In this document: piece by piece, positions 31,315 to 41,766 of the stretch
Layout: each line of letters opens with the position of its first letter
Numbering within the stretch: the first letter of the stretch is position 1
Program-made: the position numbers and the translations under genes
The notes under the pieces: model-generated
The model's database searches: none
Seen by the model: only the letters and a program-made list of their open reading frames with translations
What the model was told of the DNA's origin: nothing
DNA from: an uncultured delta proteobacterium
GTDB taxonomy: Bacteria > Myxococcota_A > Polyangia > Polyangiales > Polyangiaceae
Assembly: GCA_963696385.1 (NCBI GenBank)
Contig: CAVOKF010000005.1
Span: forward strand, 832,001-896,000
Direction: 5' to 3'
DNA length: 64,000 nt

Positions 31315-32307
31315 TCAGTCGGGCCAGGCCCGTTGGTATTGCCGCACCATTTGATCGATGGCCGCGTTGGTCGACTCGTCCACCACGCACCGGGCGGCGT
31401 CGGCTTCGTACCAGGCCACCTGCTGCGCGGCTCCGCGCGAGTAAGGAATCACCGCGCGAAAGTCGGGAACTACCCTTTTGATCTTCGTATTGTCAAATAC
31501 CATGCTGTGGGCTTTGTCGCCGAGCAGACTGGCCCCCCATGCGGGATCGAAGGCGGCGATGAGATCGGAAGGAACGTGCACGATCCGCGGCCGAACCCCG
31601 ATCGCGCTCGCAAGAAGCCCGTGAATCTGGTCCCAGGTGAGCGTCTCGTCGGAGGTGATGTGGAAGGAGTCGCCCACCACGCCGTCCTGTCCGAGAAGGG
31701 GAACGAAGCCGCGGGCGAAGTCCTCGTGGTGGGTGAGTGTCCAGAGCGACGTTCCGTCGCCGTGGACGATGACCGGCCGCCCGTGGCGCATCCGGTCGAC
31801 GACCGTCCAACCGCCGTGCACGGGGAGCGACGCCGCGTCGTAGGTGTGCGACGGGCGCACGATCGTCACCGGAAAGCCCTCGGTCCGATAGGCCCGAATC
31901 AGGGTCTCTTCGCAGGCTATTTTATCGCGAGAATATCCCCAAAAGGGATTGTGGAGAGGCGTCGACTCCGTCACGGGCATGCGCGAGGGCGGCGTCTGGT
32001 ACGCCGAGGCGGAGCTGATGAACACGTATTGACGCGTGCGTCCCCGAAAGACCTGGATGTCGCGCTCGACGTGATCGGGAGTGAAGCCGACCCACTGGAC
32101 GACCGCGTCGAACCGCCGGCCTGCCAACGCGGCGTCGAGCGATCGCGTGTCGTGCGCGTCGCCGCGAAGCCACTCGGCTCCCGACGGCACCGGATGACGG
32201 TCCGTCCTGCCGCGGCAAAGGATCGTCAGCTCGATTCCGCGCTCCAGGGCGCATCGCGCGCACGCCGAGCTGATGATGCCGGTTCCTCCGACGAAGAGAA
32301 CGTTCAT
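31315..32307 (-). CDS. NAD-dependent epimerase/dehydratase (extended SDR)
   Basis: GGTGIIS, FISSASAY, YSRDK (YxxxK), VRPSHTY. Confidence 0.9.
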   Translation of the reverse strand: MNVLFVGGTGIISSACARCALERGIELTILCRGRTDRHPVPSGAEWLRGDAHDTRSLDAALAGRRFDAVVQWVGFTPDHVERDIQVFRGRTRQYVFISSASAYQTPPSRMPVTESTPLHNPFWGYSRDKIACEETLIRAYRTEGFPVTIVRPSHTYDAASLPVHGGWTVVDRMRHGRPVIVHGDGTSLWTLTHHEDFARGFVPLLGQDGVVGDSFHITSDETLTWDQIHGLLASAIGVRPRIVHVPSDLIAAFDPAWGASLLGDKAHSMVFDNTKIKRVVPDFRAVIPYSRGAAQQVAWYEADAARCVVDESTNAAIDQMVRQYQRAWPD

Positions 32308-32410
32308 AGCCGGCGGATGGTACCTCCGTCGGAGTCTCCGTGTCCGCATCGAGGGACGCCGACGCGCTCTCGATCTTGCGACGCCCTTGCGCTACGCCTG
32401 CGCGCACACG

Positions 32411-34823
32411 ATGAAGGCTTCGGTCCGCTGGCTTCGCGAGCTTTGCCCTCGGCTTCCCGACGACCCGGCTGCGCTTGCCGAGCGGCTCACCGCTGCCGGG
32501 CTGGAGGTCGAGTCCACAGCCGAGTTCGGACTCGGCGCCGAAGCATGCCTAGTCGCCGGCGTCGTGTCGGTGCGGCCGCACCCGTCTCGCAGCGGACTGC
32601 GGCTCGTAGCGGTCGACCGCGGGGGTAGGTCAGAAGAAGTGGTTTGCGGCGCGCCCAACGTGCCGGATCCCGGGGGTCTCGTCGTTTTGGCACCACTCGG
32701 GGCCCATCTTCCGGCGAAGGGGCTTACGATGGAGCGGCGATCGATCGCCGGCGTTCCGAGCGAGGGCATGCTCTGCAGCGAGGCGGAAATCGGTCTGAGC
32801 GACGATGGAGACGGGCTGCTCGTTCTTCCCGACGGCACGGCTCGCCCCGGCACGTGCCTGGTCGACGCCCTACCGGCCGCGCGCGACACGATCCTGGAGA
32901 TTGGGCTGACGCCCAATCGGCCGGACGGTCTCGGGCACGTCGGCCTCGCGCGCGAGGCCGCGGCGCTCTTCAACGTGTCCTTTACCTCGCCGGATCCAAC
33001 CGATCCGGAGCGCAGGTGCAACGATGAGTTCGCACGATACGCGAGCATCACGATCGAAGACCCGGATCGTTGCCCGCACTACGGAGCGGCCGTGCTCATC
33101 GACGCGCGGATCGCCCCGTCGCGACTCGACGTGCGCTGGCGTCTGCACTCGCTTGGCGTTCGCCCCATCTCGAACGTGGTGGACGTCACCAACCTCGTGA
33201 TGCTCGAGCTCGGGCATCCGATGCACGCGTTCGATTTGGACCGCGTTCGCCGACGATCCATCGTGGTGAGGCGCGCCCGCGAAGGCGAGCCGATTCGCAC
33301 CCTGGATGGCGTCGAACGCACCCTTTCGGACGACGATTCTAGTCATCGCCGACGGCGATGGCCCCGTCGCGATCGCGGGGGTGATGGGCGGTGGCGACAG
33401 CGAGATCACGTCCAGCACCGAGCGCATTCTGGTCGAGTGCGCGTATTTCGATCCGCGGGGAATTCGCCGCTCGGCCCGGCGCCACGGGCTCCACACCGAG
33501 TCGAGTCATCGCTTCGAGCGTGGCGTGGATTGGGGCGATACGCGCGTTGCTCTCGCCCGCGCTATGTCGCTCCTGTCGAACTGCGCGGGCGCCGCAGCGG
33601 TCGTCCCCGCCTGCTTGGTTGAAGCCAAATCGCTTACCCGCCGGTCCGTCACGCTCCGCCACCATCGCGTCGGCGCGTTGCTCGGAGCCGCGGTCGACGT
33701 CCCCGCGATGCACGCGATCCTCGGGCGGCTCGGATTCGCGTGCCGCGCGGCGCATGCCGACAGGGACGTCTGGGACGCGCCGAGCTTCCGCCCGGACGTG
33801 TCGCGCGAGGTGGACCTCGTCGAAGAGGTTGGCCGCGTGCGCGGCTACGACGCGATTCCAACGACCATGCCGGCCATCCAAGCCAGCCGCGATGCGGGCC
33901 CTCGTCAAGCGCTCGCCCGGCGCGCCCGAGAGGCGGCGGTCGCGATCGGTCTACTCGAGGCCATCACCTACGCATTCGTCAGCCCGAGCGACCTCGCCCG
34001 GGTCGGCGCACCCGCCGCGACCGTGAGGTTGCGCAATCCGCTCCGCGAGGAGCAATCGGTCATGCGTACGAGCCTTCTGCCCGGGTTGCTCGCCGCGGTG
34101 GCCCACGCCCGGCGGCACGGCGAGCGCGATGCGCGTCTCTTTTCGGTTGGCCCGCTCTTTCTGGCGGCTCGCGGACCGTTGCCCGAGGAGCGGTTGGCGC
34201 TTTCGGCCTTGATGGTCGGCGAACGCAGTGGGTGGCTCGGCAGGCCGAGAAGCGTCGACGTTTGGGATGCCAAGGGCGTGGCGGGCGCGCTCGTGCTCAG
34301 GCTGCTCGGGCGTGAGGCGACGGTCACTCTCGCCGTCGCGGGCGATCGTCCGCCTGCCCTGCACCCACGCGGGGCCGCATGGATCGACGTCGGCGGTCGG
34401 CGCGTGGGATCGCTCGGACCGCTGCACCCCGATGTGACCGATGCGTTCGAGCTCGGCGGCGCCGCGGTTCTGGTGGACCTCGATTTGTGCGCCATCGAAG
34501 CCGTCGGTTCACGTGCCCTTCAGTTTTCGCCGCTGCCGCGGTTTCCCGCGACGACGCGCGACCTCTCCGTCGTGGTGGTCGACGGGGTCGCCGCCGGCGA
34601 GGTGGAAAGTGCCGTTCGTGAGGCCGCTGGGGATCTGGCGGAGAGCGTGGCGCTCTTCGATCGCTTCGTCGGAGGCAGTGTTCCGGCCGGTCATTCCAGC
34701 CTGGCGCTGCATGTCGTCTACCGGGCGCCGGATCGAACGCTCACGGACCCCCAAGTCGACGATCGCCACACGGCGGTGGTGGCTGCCGTCGAAAAGCGGT
34801 TCGGCGCCACGTTGAGGAGCTGA
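32411..34823 (+). CDS. pheT: Phenylalanyl-tRNA synthetase beta subunit; apparent frameshift near 33338
   Basis: VVCGAPN, SEGMLCS, LTPNRPD, ISNVVDVTN, AIAGVMGG, SSHRFERG, PSFRPD, MRTSLLPGLL, FPATTRD. Confidence 0.95.
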
Positions 34824-34847
34824 CAGGCGCTACCCTTCGGTCGACCC

Positions 34848-36158
34848 ATGGCATCGTCGCCACCCACCTCCGCCAGCGCGCTCGTCGGCGCGGTCGTCTC
34901 GCGCCGCTTTAGGCTTGGCGCGAGGCTGGGCGAGGGCGGCATGGGCGAGGTGTACGGCGCGGATCCGATCGACGGGGGGCCACGGGTCGCGCTCAAGATC
35001 CTGCGTCGTGAGTTCCTTGCGTCATGCGACGTCCTGACGCGCTTCCTCGACGAAGGGCGGACGTGCATGCGGCTCGTGCATCCCAATATCGTGCGCGTGA
35101 TCCAGTGCGCCCAGGCCGAAGACGGCTCGCCGTATCTCGTGATGGAGCTGTTGGAGGGGGTTTCTCTCGGTGCCTACATGAGGCACGGGGCGAGGGTCCC
35201 ACTCGCCCGCGCAGCTCCGATCGTCCAAGGGATCTTGAGCGGCTTGGCGTGCGCCCACGCCAACGGCATCGTGCATCGGGACCTCAAGCCCGCCAATGTC
35301 TTCTTGAACCGCGACGCGAAGGGGGCATTTGGTGTCAAGGTCCTCGACTTCGGAATAGCCAAGGTCATGGATGTCGCGGGCGGCATGGGCACCCGGACGC
35401 GGACCGGCATGCTCTTGGGAACGCCTGCGTACATGAGCCCCGAGCAGGCTCGAAATGCTCGAGACGTCGACCGACGCGCTGACCTCTGGTCGGTCGGCGT
35501 GCTGTTCTACGAGATGTTGACCGGGCGCGTCGCGTTTCCCGCTCCGACCGAATACGCGCGCCTGGCCGCGCTGCTATCGGTCGAACCGGAGCCCGTGGAG
35601 AAAATTGATCCGGCGCTCGCGACGCTGTCGCCGTTCCTTCAGCGTGCGCTCAAGAAAAATCGCGACGAGCGCTTCGCCACGGCCGTCGAGATGGCGCATG
35701 CGCTTGCCTCGCTCGTTCCCGACGCGACGCGGCGGCCGGATCTTCCGATCGGCGATCCGGCGGAAGCCGGGGCGTTCAGTCGGCTCCCCGATGTCGCGTC
35801 GGTGCTCGTCGCCGCGCCCGGCTCACCCGGCTCGTTGCGTGCGAGCGCGCCCGCGATGTTACCCCCCGTTCCGGGGACCCCGTCGCCGGCGCGAGGGTCC
35901 GGCGTGAAGCCGTGCGCCTCCGGGGCCACGCTCGCCAGCGCCGACGCCCGGCGCGGCGCGATCGAACCGTCGCCTTCGGTCGTGGTGATCGCCGCGTCGC
36001 CGCTCGACGGAACGATGCCGTCGAAAGACGGTTCGGGCTACATCCGCACGAATCTGCGGAGGGCAGTCGCCTTGCACGTGGTGGTCCTCGTCGTCGCCTG
36101 CGCCCTCGCCGTGGGATTTCTGCTCGGCTGGTCTTTGGGTCGAGGGAGGGTGCCCTGA
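34848..36158 (+). CDS. Hanks-type Ser/Thr protein kinase with C-terminal TM anchor
   Basis: LGEGGMGEV, VALK, HRDLKPAN, DFG, YMSPE. Confidence 0.95.
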   Translation: MASSPPTSASALVGAVVSRRFRLGARLGEGGMGEVYGADPIDGGPRVALKILRREFLASCDVLTRFLDEGRTCMRLVHPNIVRVIQCAQAEDGSPYLVMELLEGVSLGAYMRHGARVPLARAAPIVQGILSGLACAHANGIVHRDLKPANVFLNRDAKGAFGVKVLDFGIAKVMDVAGGMGTRTRTGMLLGTPAYMSPEQARNARDVDRRADLWSVGVLFYEMLTGRVAFPAPTEYARLAALLSVEPEPVEKIDPALATLSPFLQRALKKNRDERFATAVEMAHALASLVPDATRRPDLPIGDPAEAGAFSRLPDVASVLVAAPGSPGSLRASAPAMLPPVPGTPSPARGSGVKPCASGATLASADARRGAIEPSPSVVVIAASPLDGTMPSKDGSGYIRTNLRRAVALHVVVLVVACALAVGFLLGWSLGRGRVP

Positions 36159-36265
36159 GCGCGGTCGGCTGCGAGCCCGATGACCGCATCCTTCACCGAT
36201 CGCGAGCGAGGTCGCTTGAGGGGCTGCTCGCCATCTTGATACGGTCTGCTCATCCGGAGCGTGCC

Positions 36266-36814
36266 ATGACCCAGACCCAAGCCGCGATCGATCCGCGCTA
36301 TCTCGAAATCTTGCCGCAATGGCTCCGCAGTCTAGGCGAAGACGTGGCGGCCATCGGTGGCGCCATCGAAGCCCTGGGGCCCGACGACGAAGCGACGCGG
36401 GCTCTGGTGGCGGGGGTCAACTATGTCTTCAAGTCGCTCGATCTTATTCCCGACGGCATCGAAGACCTGGGCTTTCTGGACGATGCGTTCGTCATCCGCG
36501 TGTCTTGCTCCTTCGCGGTCGCGGCACGACCCGAGCTCAATGAGGGCGTGCTCGCGGGCTTGGCCGCGGATGCGCGAGCCGTGCACGAATTTCTGGGCGA
36601 CGATTACGCTCGCTTGGAAGCCTATGTGAAAGGCGCCCGGAAGGGAGCCGCGAGAGGGCGCACGGTCGAAGAGATCGTCGTCCACGCGCCGGTCCGCCAG
36701 GGCTTTCTCGACGACCTACGGGCTTGGTCGGCGGCGTATCAGGTCCCCCGCTTCACGAGGGATCCGAAGACGCTCGTCAAGTTGAAGGCGTTTCTCAGCG
36801 CCAAACTGTCCTAA
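36266..36814 (+). CDS. YkvA/DUF1232 family protein
   Basis: NYVFKSLDLIPDGIEDLGFLDD motif. Confidence 0.8.
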   Translation: MTQTQAAIDPRYLEILPQWLRSLGEDVAAIGGAIEALGPDDEATRALVAGVNYVFKSLDLIPDGIEDLGFLDDAFVIRVSCSFAVAARPELNEGVLAGLAADARAVHEFLGDDYARLEAYVKGARKGAARGRTVEEIVVHAPVRQGFLDDLRAWSAAYQVPRFTRDPKTLVKLKAFLSAKLS

Positions 36815-38533
36815 CTACGGCGTGCGACTGTCGGCCTTGTTGCTGTTGCCTCCGCCGTGGCTCTGACCGTGCATGACGGCAAGCAGTTCCTGCAACAGAT
36901 CGCGAGCTTCCGGCTTGGTTTTTAGGTGATTGAGCAACAAAAGCGACACTTCGCTGAAGGCCTTTTCGAAGCCAATGCCTTCTCGCGTGCGAGCCGCGAC
37001 CTTCTCCCGCCCGCTCGCTAGGTCTTCCTCGAGCGCTTCGGCGTATCGCGCGAGCTGAGCGCGCAACTCGTCGATCTGCCGCCGCAGGTCGCGGGCCTGG
37101 GCCTCCTTGAGCTGCGCCTTTTGCTCGTGCTCCTTGTGCTGTTCGCGGCGTGCCTCGACGAGCGCCGCAGCCGCGCCAGCGCGTTCGAACGTCGCGCGCA
37201 GTTGCGCGGCCGTGCCGGCCGCTTGATCGGCCGATTGCTTGGCCTGCTGAGCCGCGCGATCGGCCTGCTGAACGGCCTCGCGTATTCGGACGACCTCGGC
37301 CTGCTCAGCGGCAAGTTCGCGCAGCGCACGCGATTCCTCGTGCGCGAGCTCTTCGACCTTGCGCCCGATCTCGGCGCGTAGTGCGCGGCCTCGCCGCTCG
37401 AGGGCTTCGAGCCGTCGGGTATGACTGGCCACTTCGCCCTCCAGCCGGCTCGCCCGCGACGCCAGATCCCAGGCTTGTGAAGACGCGGTCTGTACGTCGG
37501 TGGGCGTGTTGCTTCCGGGATAGGCGCGCGACACCATCCGCGAGAACAGGGCGGCGCGGCTTGCCCACTCGATGACTCCGGGTGACTGCGGCGGCGGCGG
37601 CGGAGGGGGAACGGCATTTTCGCCGGTCGTGGCGACTTCCCAGGGGGTGCTCGGAAGGCTGCGCTGCAGGGCCTTGAGCTCCTCGTGCATGTGGTGCGCG
37701 TCTTGAAAGCGCTTGCGCCGATCCTTCTCGAGAAGCTTGATGACGATGCTCTCGGCGGCGGGCAAAACGTCGGGCTTAATCGATCGAGGTCGGGGGGCGA
37801 CCGCCGTTCGCTGCATGTCGAGCAGGGTCTCACGGTCGTCACTTCGGAACGGGAGCTGCCCTGTGAGCATTTCGAAGAAGAGCACGCCGAGCGCATAGAG
37901 ATCGCTCTGCGCGGTCGCTTCTTCGCCGCGTGCCTGCTCGGGCGACATGTACTCGGGTGTTCCAAAGACGGCGCCCTTCGGCGCGAGGCGCGGGTCCATG
38001 GCGAGATGAGCCAGACCGAAGTCGAGAATCTTGACGAAGTCCTTGCGGCCGCCTCGCGTGGTCAAAAGAATGTTGTCGCTCTTCAAGTCGCGGTGCACGA
38101 CGCCGAGGTCGTGAGCGCGCGCGAGGGCTGCACACATTTGTTCGAGGATGTCGACGCTGCGCGCGAGCGGCATCGGCCCACGGGCCAGTTCGCTCGAGAG
38201 CGACGTGCCCACCAGATACTCCATGACGAGATAGAGTTCGCTCTCCTCCGTCTCGCCGATGTCGTGGATGTCGATGATGTGCGCGTGATCGACCCGATTG
38301 GCTGCGCGCGCTTCGCGCAGCATCCACGCACGCAGATGGGTTTCGCCCCGCAGATCGGGGCGGATCAACTTCACCGCGACGACTCGGTCAATCAGGACGT
38401 GTCGAGCGCGGTAGACGACTCCCATGCCTCCTTCGCCGATTCGGGCTTCGAGGCGATAGCGGCCCGCGATGACGCGATTGAGCATCGGGTCCGCGGGCTT
38501 CGCTGGTTGAGCAACTCGCTGTGGGCCTTGCAT
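36815..38533 (-). CDS. Cytoplasmic Ser/Thr kinase with long C-terminal coiled coil
   Basis: IGEGGMGVV, VAVK, HRDLKSDN, DFG, YMSPE; heptad-rich E/R/A/Q tail; no TM helix. Confidence 0.93.
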   Translation of the reverse strand: MQGPQRVAQPAKPADPMLNRVIAGRYRLEARIGEGGMGVVYRARHVLIDRVVAVKLIRPDLRGETHLRAWMLREARAANRVDHAHIIDIHDIGETEESELYLVMEYLVGTSLSSELARGPMPLARSVDILEQMCAALARAHDLGVVHRDLKSDNILLTTRGGRKDFVKILDFGLAHLAMDPRLAPKGAVFGTPEYMSPEQARGEEATAQSDLYALGVLFFEMLTGQLPFRSDDRETLLDMQRTAVAPRPRSIKPDVLPAAESIVIKLLEKDRRKRFQDAHHMHEELKALQRSLPSTPWEVATTGENAVPPPPPPPQSPGVIEWASRAALFSRMVSRAYPGSNTPTDVQTASSQAWDLASRASRLEGEVASHTRRLEALERRGRALRAEIGRKVEELAHEESRALRELAAEQAEVVRIREAVQQADRAAQQAKQSADQAAGTAAQLRATFERAGAAAALVEARREQHKEHEQKAQLKEAQARDLRRQIDELRAQLARYAEALEEDLASGREKVAARTREGIGFEKAFSEVSLLLLNHLKTKPEARDLLQELLAVMHGQSHGGGNSNKADSRTP

Positions 38534-38923
38534 TCGCCTCTCTCCGCTCGCGGACTACGCGGGCATCGACGTCGAGATCGTATCAGCGCGGAAGCCCGAC
38601 GGGGAACGTGGATCGCGGTGTTGGCGTATTTCCTCGAACGGCGGCCGCGCGCCGACGGGACTGAGCGAGTGCCACACCCAGCCGCTGCGGTCCCCATTGG
38701 CCCCCTACGTCCCACACCCGCACCGTGCGGGTCACGAGTCGATCCGCGTCCACGTCTTTCATAGGGCGGACGCTTGGACCGGAGGCCGGACGGTCGCGCA
38801 ACGGGGCGCACGATCGCGCAACGCCGATCCGCCGGCCGACCTGAATCCCGCTACGCTCCGCAGACAGCCCGCCCGCCGATCCGGACCGCGAACTCGCGGG
38901 TGCAAGGGCGCCGAGATGCTCTC

Positions 38924-39610
38924 TCAGAACGCAACGTGCAGGACAGGCATGCGTAGCTCCGTTTGCGCCGATCGGATACCGTACTCGCGTTGCTCCGCGA
39001 CGGAGTACACCGGGCGCACATCGGGCACGGGGACGCCGACGCGCAAAGCGCCGCCGTGAACGTCGAGCAACGACTGCGGGGGCGGCGCGGGTGGGGTGGA
39101 CGCAGGTGGGGAGGAAGCCGGCGGAGTGACGGAGGCCGGCGTACTCCCGGGCGCCGGAATGACGACGCTGCCGCCAGGAGCGCCCGGCTCGGGCATGGCG
39201 CCGGTCGGCGGTTGATCCTCGACGGCCCCCTCCTCGGGGAAGTAGCGCGTCGCGTTGAGCATCAGCACGATAGCGGGAATGACGAGCGCGAGACCGCCCG
39301 CCAACATGTACATCGGCACCATACCGTCGGTACTCGCTTTCTCGATGAAATACCCTCCGGTCGCGCCGGCCGCAGCTCCAAGGCCGCCGCCAAGCGCGTA
39401 GGCCCAGCCCGGACGGGCGCCGGCCAACGCCTCGGTGATCGTCACGACTTCCGCGCCGAGCAGCCCGCCGCCGACAACCCCCTTTCCGTCCGGTGAGACG
39501 TTTGGGGACTCCGCTCGTGCTTGTCTCAGGGGCGCGGTCATCGCGGCGACACCAAAAAGCGCGGCGGTCGCAATGGCGGCCGGCCGGTATGTCGTGCGGT
39601 GCAAGGCCAT
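38924..39610 (-). CDS. Hypothetical secreted glycine-zipper membrane protein with C-terminal Phe
   Basis: Signal peptide (QARA); GVVGGGLLG and GGGLGAAAGATGG glycine zippers; Pro-rich linker; ends PVLHVAF. Confidence 0.7.
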   Translation of the reverse strand: MALHRTTYRPAAIATAALFGVAAMTAPLRQARAESPNVSPDGKGVVGGGLLGAEVVTITEALAGARPGWAYALGGGLGAAAGATGGYFIEKASTDGMVPMYMLAGGLALVIPAIVLMLNATRYFPEEGAVEDQPPTGAMPEPGAPGGSVVIPAPGSTPASVTPPASSPPASTPPAPPPQSLLDVHGGALRVGVPVPDVRPVYSVAEQREYGIRSAQTELRMPVLHVAF

Positions 39611-39764
39611 AGTCTTCTCCGTACCTCGTCCGTTCGAGGGGCTCAAGCTAACACGTAGTTCACGGGGCTGCGCAGAGAATCCGGGCGCCGCCGCCGGCCT
39701 TTGCCATGGCCGGCTCAGGAGTTCGCCTCGCTTCGATCGGCGATGCGAACTAGGCTCTCGCCCC

Positions 39765-40199
39765 GTGGCGTGGATCTCTTTTGCGACGGCGCTGATTGCG
39801 GTCCATGTCCTGGCCAACGTCGTCTGGATCGGATCGCTCTTGGCGGTAGCGCTGCTGATTTCCCAAGCGGACTCGGCATTGGATCCGGCCGACGTCGCGC
39901 GGCTGGCGGGCCGCGTGCACACCCGCTTGGCGGTTCCCGCATTTCTCGCGAGCTTCGGGGCCGGTGTGGTCAGCATCGGGCTTTCGCCGCTCCTGTATGC
40001 GCACGCCCCATGGTTTCACGCGAAGCTCACGTTCGCGCTCGGAGTCATCGTCCTGCATCATGTCATTGGCGCGCGGGCCAAACGTGTCGCCGCCGGCCGC
40101 GTGACGTCCGCCCAGGGTGTCGGCGTTCTCGGCATCGTGACCTTGGTCTGTGCGGCCGGAGCCGTGCTGCTGGGGGTCGCGAAGGCGCTCCCCGGTTGA
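39765..40199 (+). CDS. HemJ/CopD-like four-TM membrane protein
   Basis: HVLANVVWIG (His in TM1) and WFHAKL, both resembling HemJ motifs. Confidence 0.65.
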   Translation: MAWISFATALIAVHVLANVVWIGSLLAVALLISQADSALDPADVARLAGRVHTRLAVPAFLASFGAGVVSIGLSPLLYAHAPWFHAKLTFALGVIVLHHVIGARAKRVAAGRVTSAQGVGVLGIVTLVCAAGAVLLGVAKALPG

Positions 40200-40446
40200 A
40201 GAACACGAATTTAAGGTGTGCGGCGTGGCATCCGAGCGGCCCAGCTGCAAGGACCCACGAGGACAGCGTCCCGCCCTACTCACCGATTTGCGATCCACTC
40301 GATCCGGCAGGGCAGTGGGGTGCCCGCCCAGTTGCCGCAAAGTGACAAAAGGAGCCGGGGCGTTCAGGCTGGGATGAAGACTTGGGCGCGCCTCGGACTC
40401 CACCACAGGAGCTCGGCCGAGGGATCGACAAGCCACGAGCCGCGGG

Positions 40447-41538
40447 TCAGGGTGGCTTGCGTCCTGTGTTGAGTCCCTTGGAGATGCCCGAGAGCGCTTC
40501 GCCGATTTCGCGCGCCCGGTCCCGTTCGAGCAGGATGGCCGGGTCGTGTTCGTCGCCAAACGCGATTTCCACGACCAGGCTGCTTCGCGTGTTGGCTTCG
40601 GACAGATTCGTCGAATCGAGCTGCGCCTCCGGCATCGTCGGCAGCATCGCGCGAGCGCCAAGCTCGAGATAGGCTGCACGCAGCGACTCGAACATGTCGC
40701 GTGCCGTCTGCCAGCGCGCCTCGCGCTCGAAGGCGAGCGCTCGGTCGACCGCCCGAACGAGCGCCGACCCCGCTTGTGGGAACACCGTGGCAAGCGAGGG
40801 GGCCGGCTCGACCATCGCGGCGATGGTCAAATCGAACTCTCTCTCCGCCTCGTGGATGCGCCGACCCGTCAGCGACCGGAAAAGGACCGCGCCGACGGCG
40901 AAGACGTCCGTCCTCGAGTCGACCCGGTCCGGTTGACCTCGCGCCTGCTCGGGCGCCATGTATCCCGCCGTACCCATGACGATGCCGGCGGCCGTCGGGA
41001 CGAGCGAAGGGGCTCCGTCGCGCACGCGCGCCAGTCCAAAGTCCAGGAGCTTCGCGTGGCCCGTCCGCGACACGAATACATTGGCCGGCTTGATGTCTCT
41101 GTGGATGACTCCATTCGCATGAGCAAACGTCAACACCTCGAGGACCTGACCGCCGATCGCCAGCGCGTCGGCCACCGGTAGCTTTCCGCCCGCTCTCGAC
41201 AGCAGGGTCGACAGGGAGTCGCCCTCGAGCAGCTCCATCACGAGAAATGGAGAGCCGTCCTCGGCTATGTCGTCGTCGAGAATGGCGACGGCACCGGGGT
41301 GATCGATCTTGTTGGCGACGTACCCCTCCATCAAGAAACGCTCGCGGACCTGGGCGTTCGATGCGTAATGCGGGTGAAGGATCTTGATGGCTGCGCGTCG
41401 GCCGTTGCGGTGAGCCGCCTCGTAGACTGCGCCCATTCCGCCGACGTCGATCAGTCGATCGAGTCGCCACTTGCCGTTCAAGACGCGACCGATGCGTGCC
41501 TGGAAGGCGGCCTTCGGGTCGCTGGAGCCTGGGATCAC
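40447..41538 (-). CDS. Cytoplasmic Ser/Thr protein kinase
   Basis: DVGGMGAV, AAIK, HRDIKPAN, DFG, YMAPE. Confidence 0.93.
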   Translation of the reverse strand: MIPGSSDPKAAFQARIGRVLNGKWRLDRLIDVGGMGAVYEAAHRNGRRAAIKILHPHYASNAQVRERFLMEGYVANKIDHPGAVAILDDDIAEDGSPFLVMELLEGDSLSTLLSRAGGKLPVADALAIGGQVLEVLTFAHANGVIHRDIKPANVFVSRTGHAKLLDFGLARVRDGAPSLVPTAAGIVMGTAGYMAPEQARGQPDRVDSRTDVFAVGAVLFRSLTGRRIHEAEREFDLTIAAMVEPAPSLATVFPQAGSALVRAVDRALAFEREARWQTARDMFESLRAAYLELGARAMLPTMPEAQLDSTNLSEANTRSSLVVEIAFGDEHDPAILLERDRAREIGEALSGISKGLNTGRKPP

Positions 41539-41766
41539 CTGGACCAGGATCGGGGACGGCGCCCGCCGGCGTCAAGGGTCGCCCGACGCGGGAATGAAGC
41601 GGGCGCGTCGGACGTCAAGACGTCGCTCCGATGCGTGGGCTGCGGGAGGCGCGATGCGAAGCGTCCAAACGCAGCTACCCCTGCGCGCACCGGCGGCGGC
41701 GTGTTACACAGCGTCCCTCCGCGCACGCAAATTCACTCGCGTGCGACCCCGGCGTGCCCCTGAGGA

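Noticed and set aside
33300..33360. Programmed frameshift or pseudogene in pheT
   Set aside because: No slippery heptamer is evident, the gene is essential, and similar indels are scattered through the window
38794..38823. Direct repeat TCGCGCAACG twice, 20 nt apart, upstream of the coiled-coil kinase
   Set aside because: It could be a regulator site but is too short to distinguish from chance at this GC content
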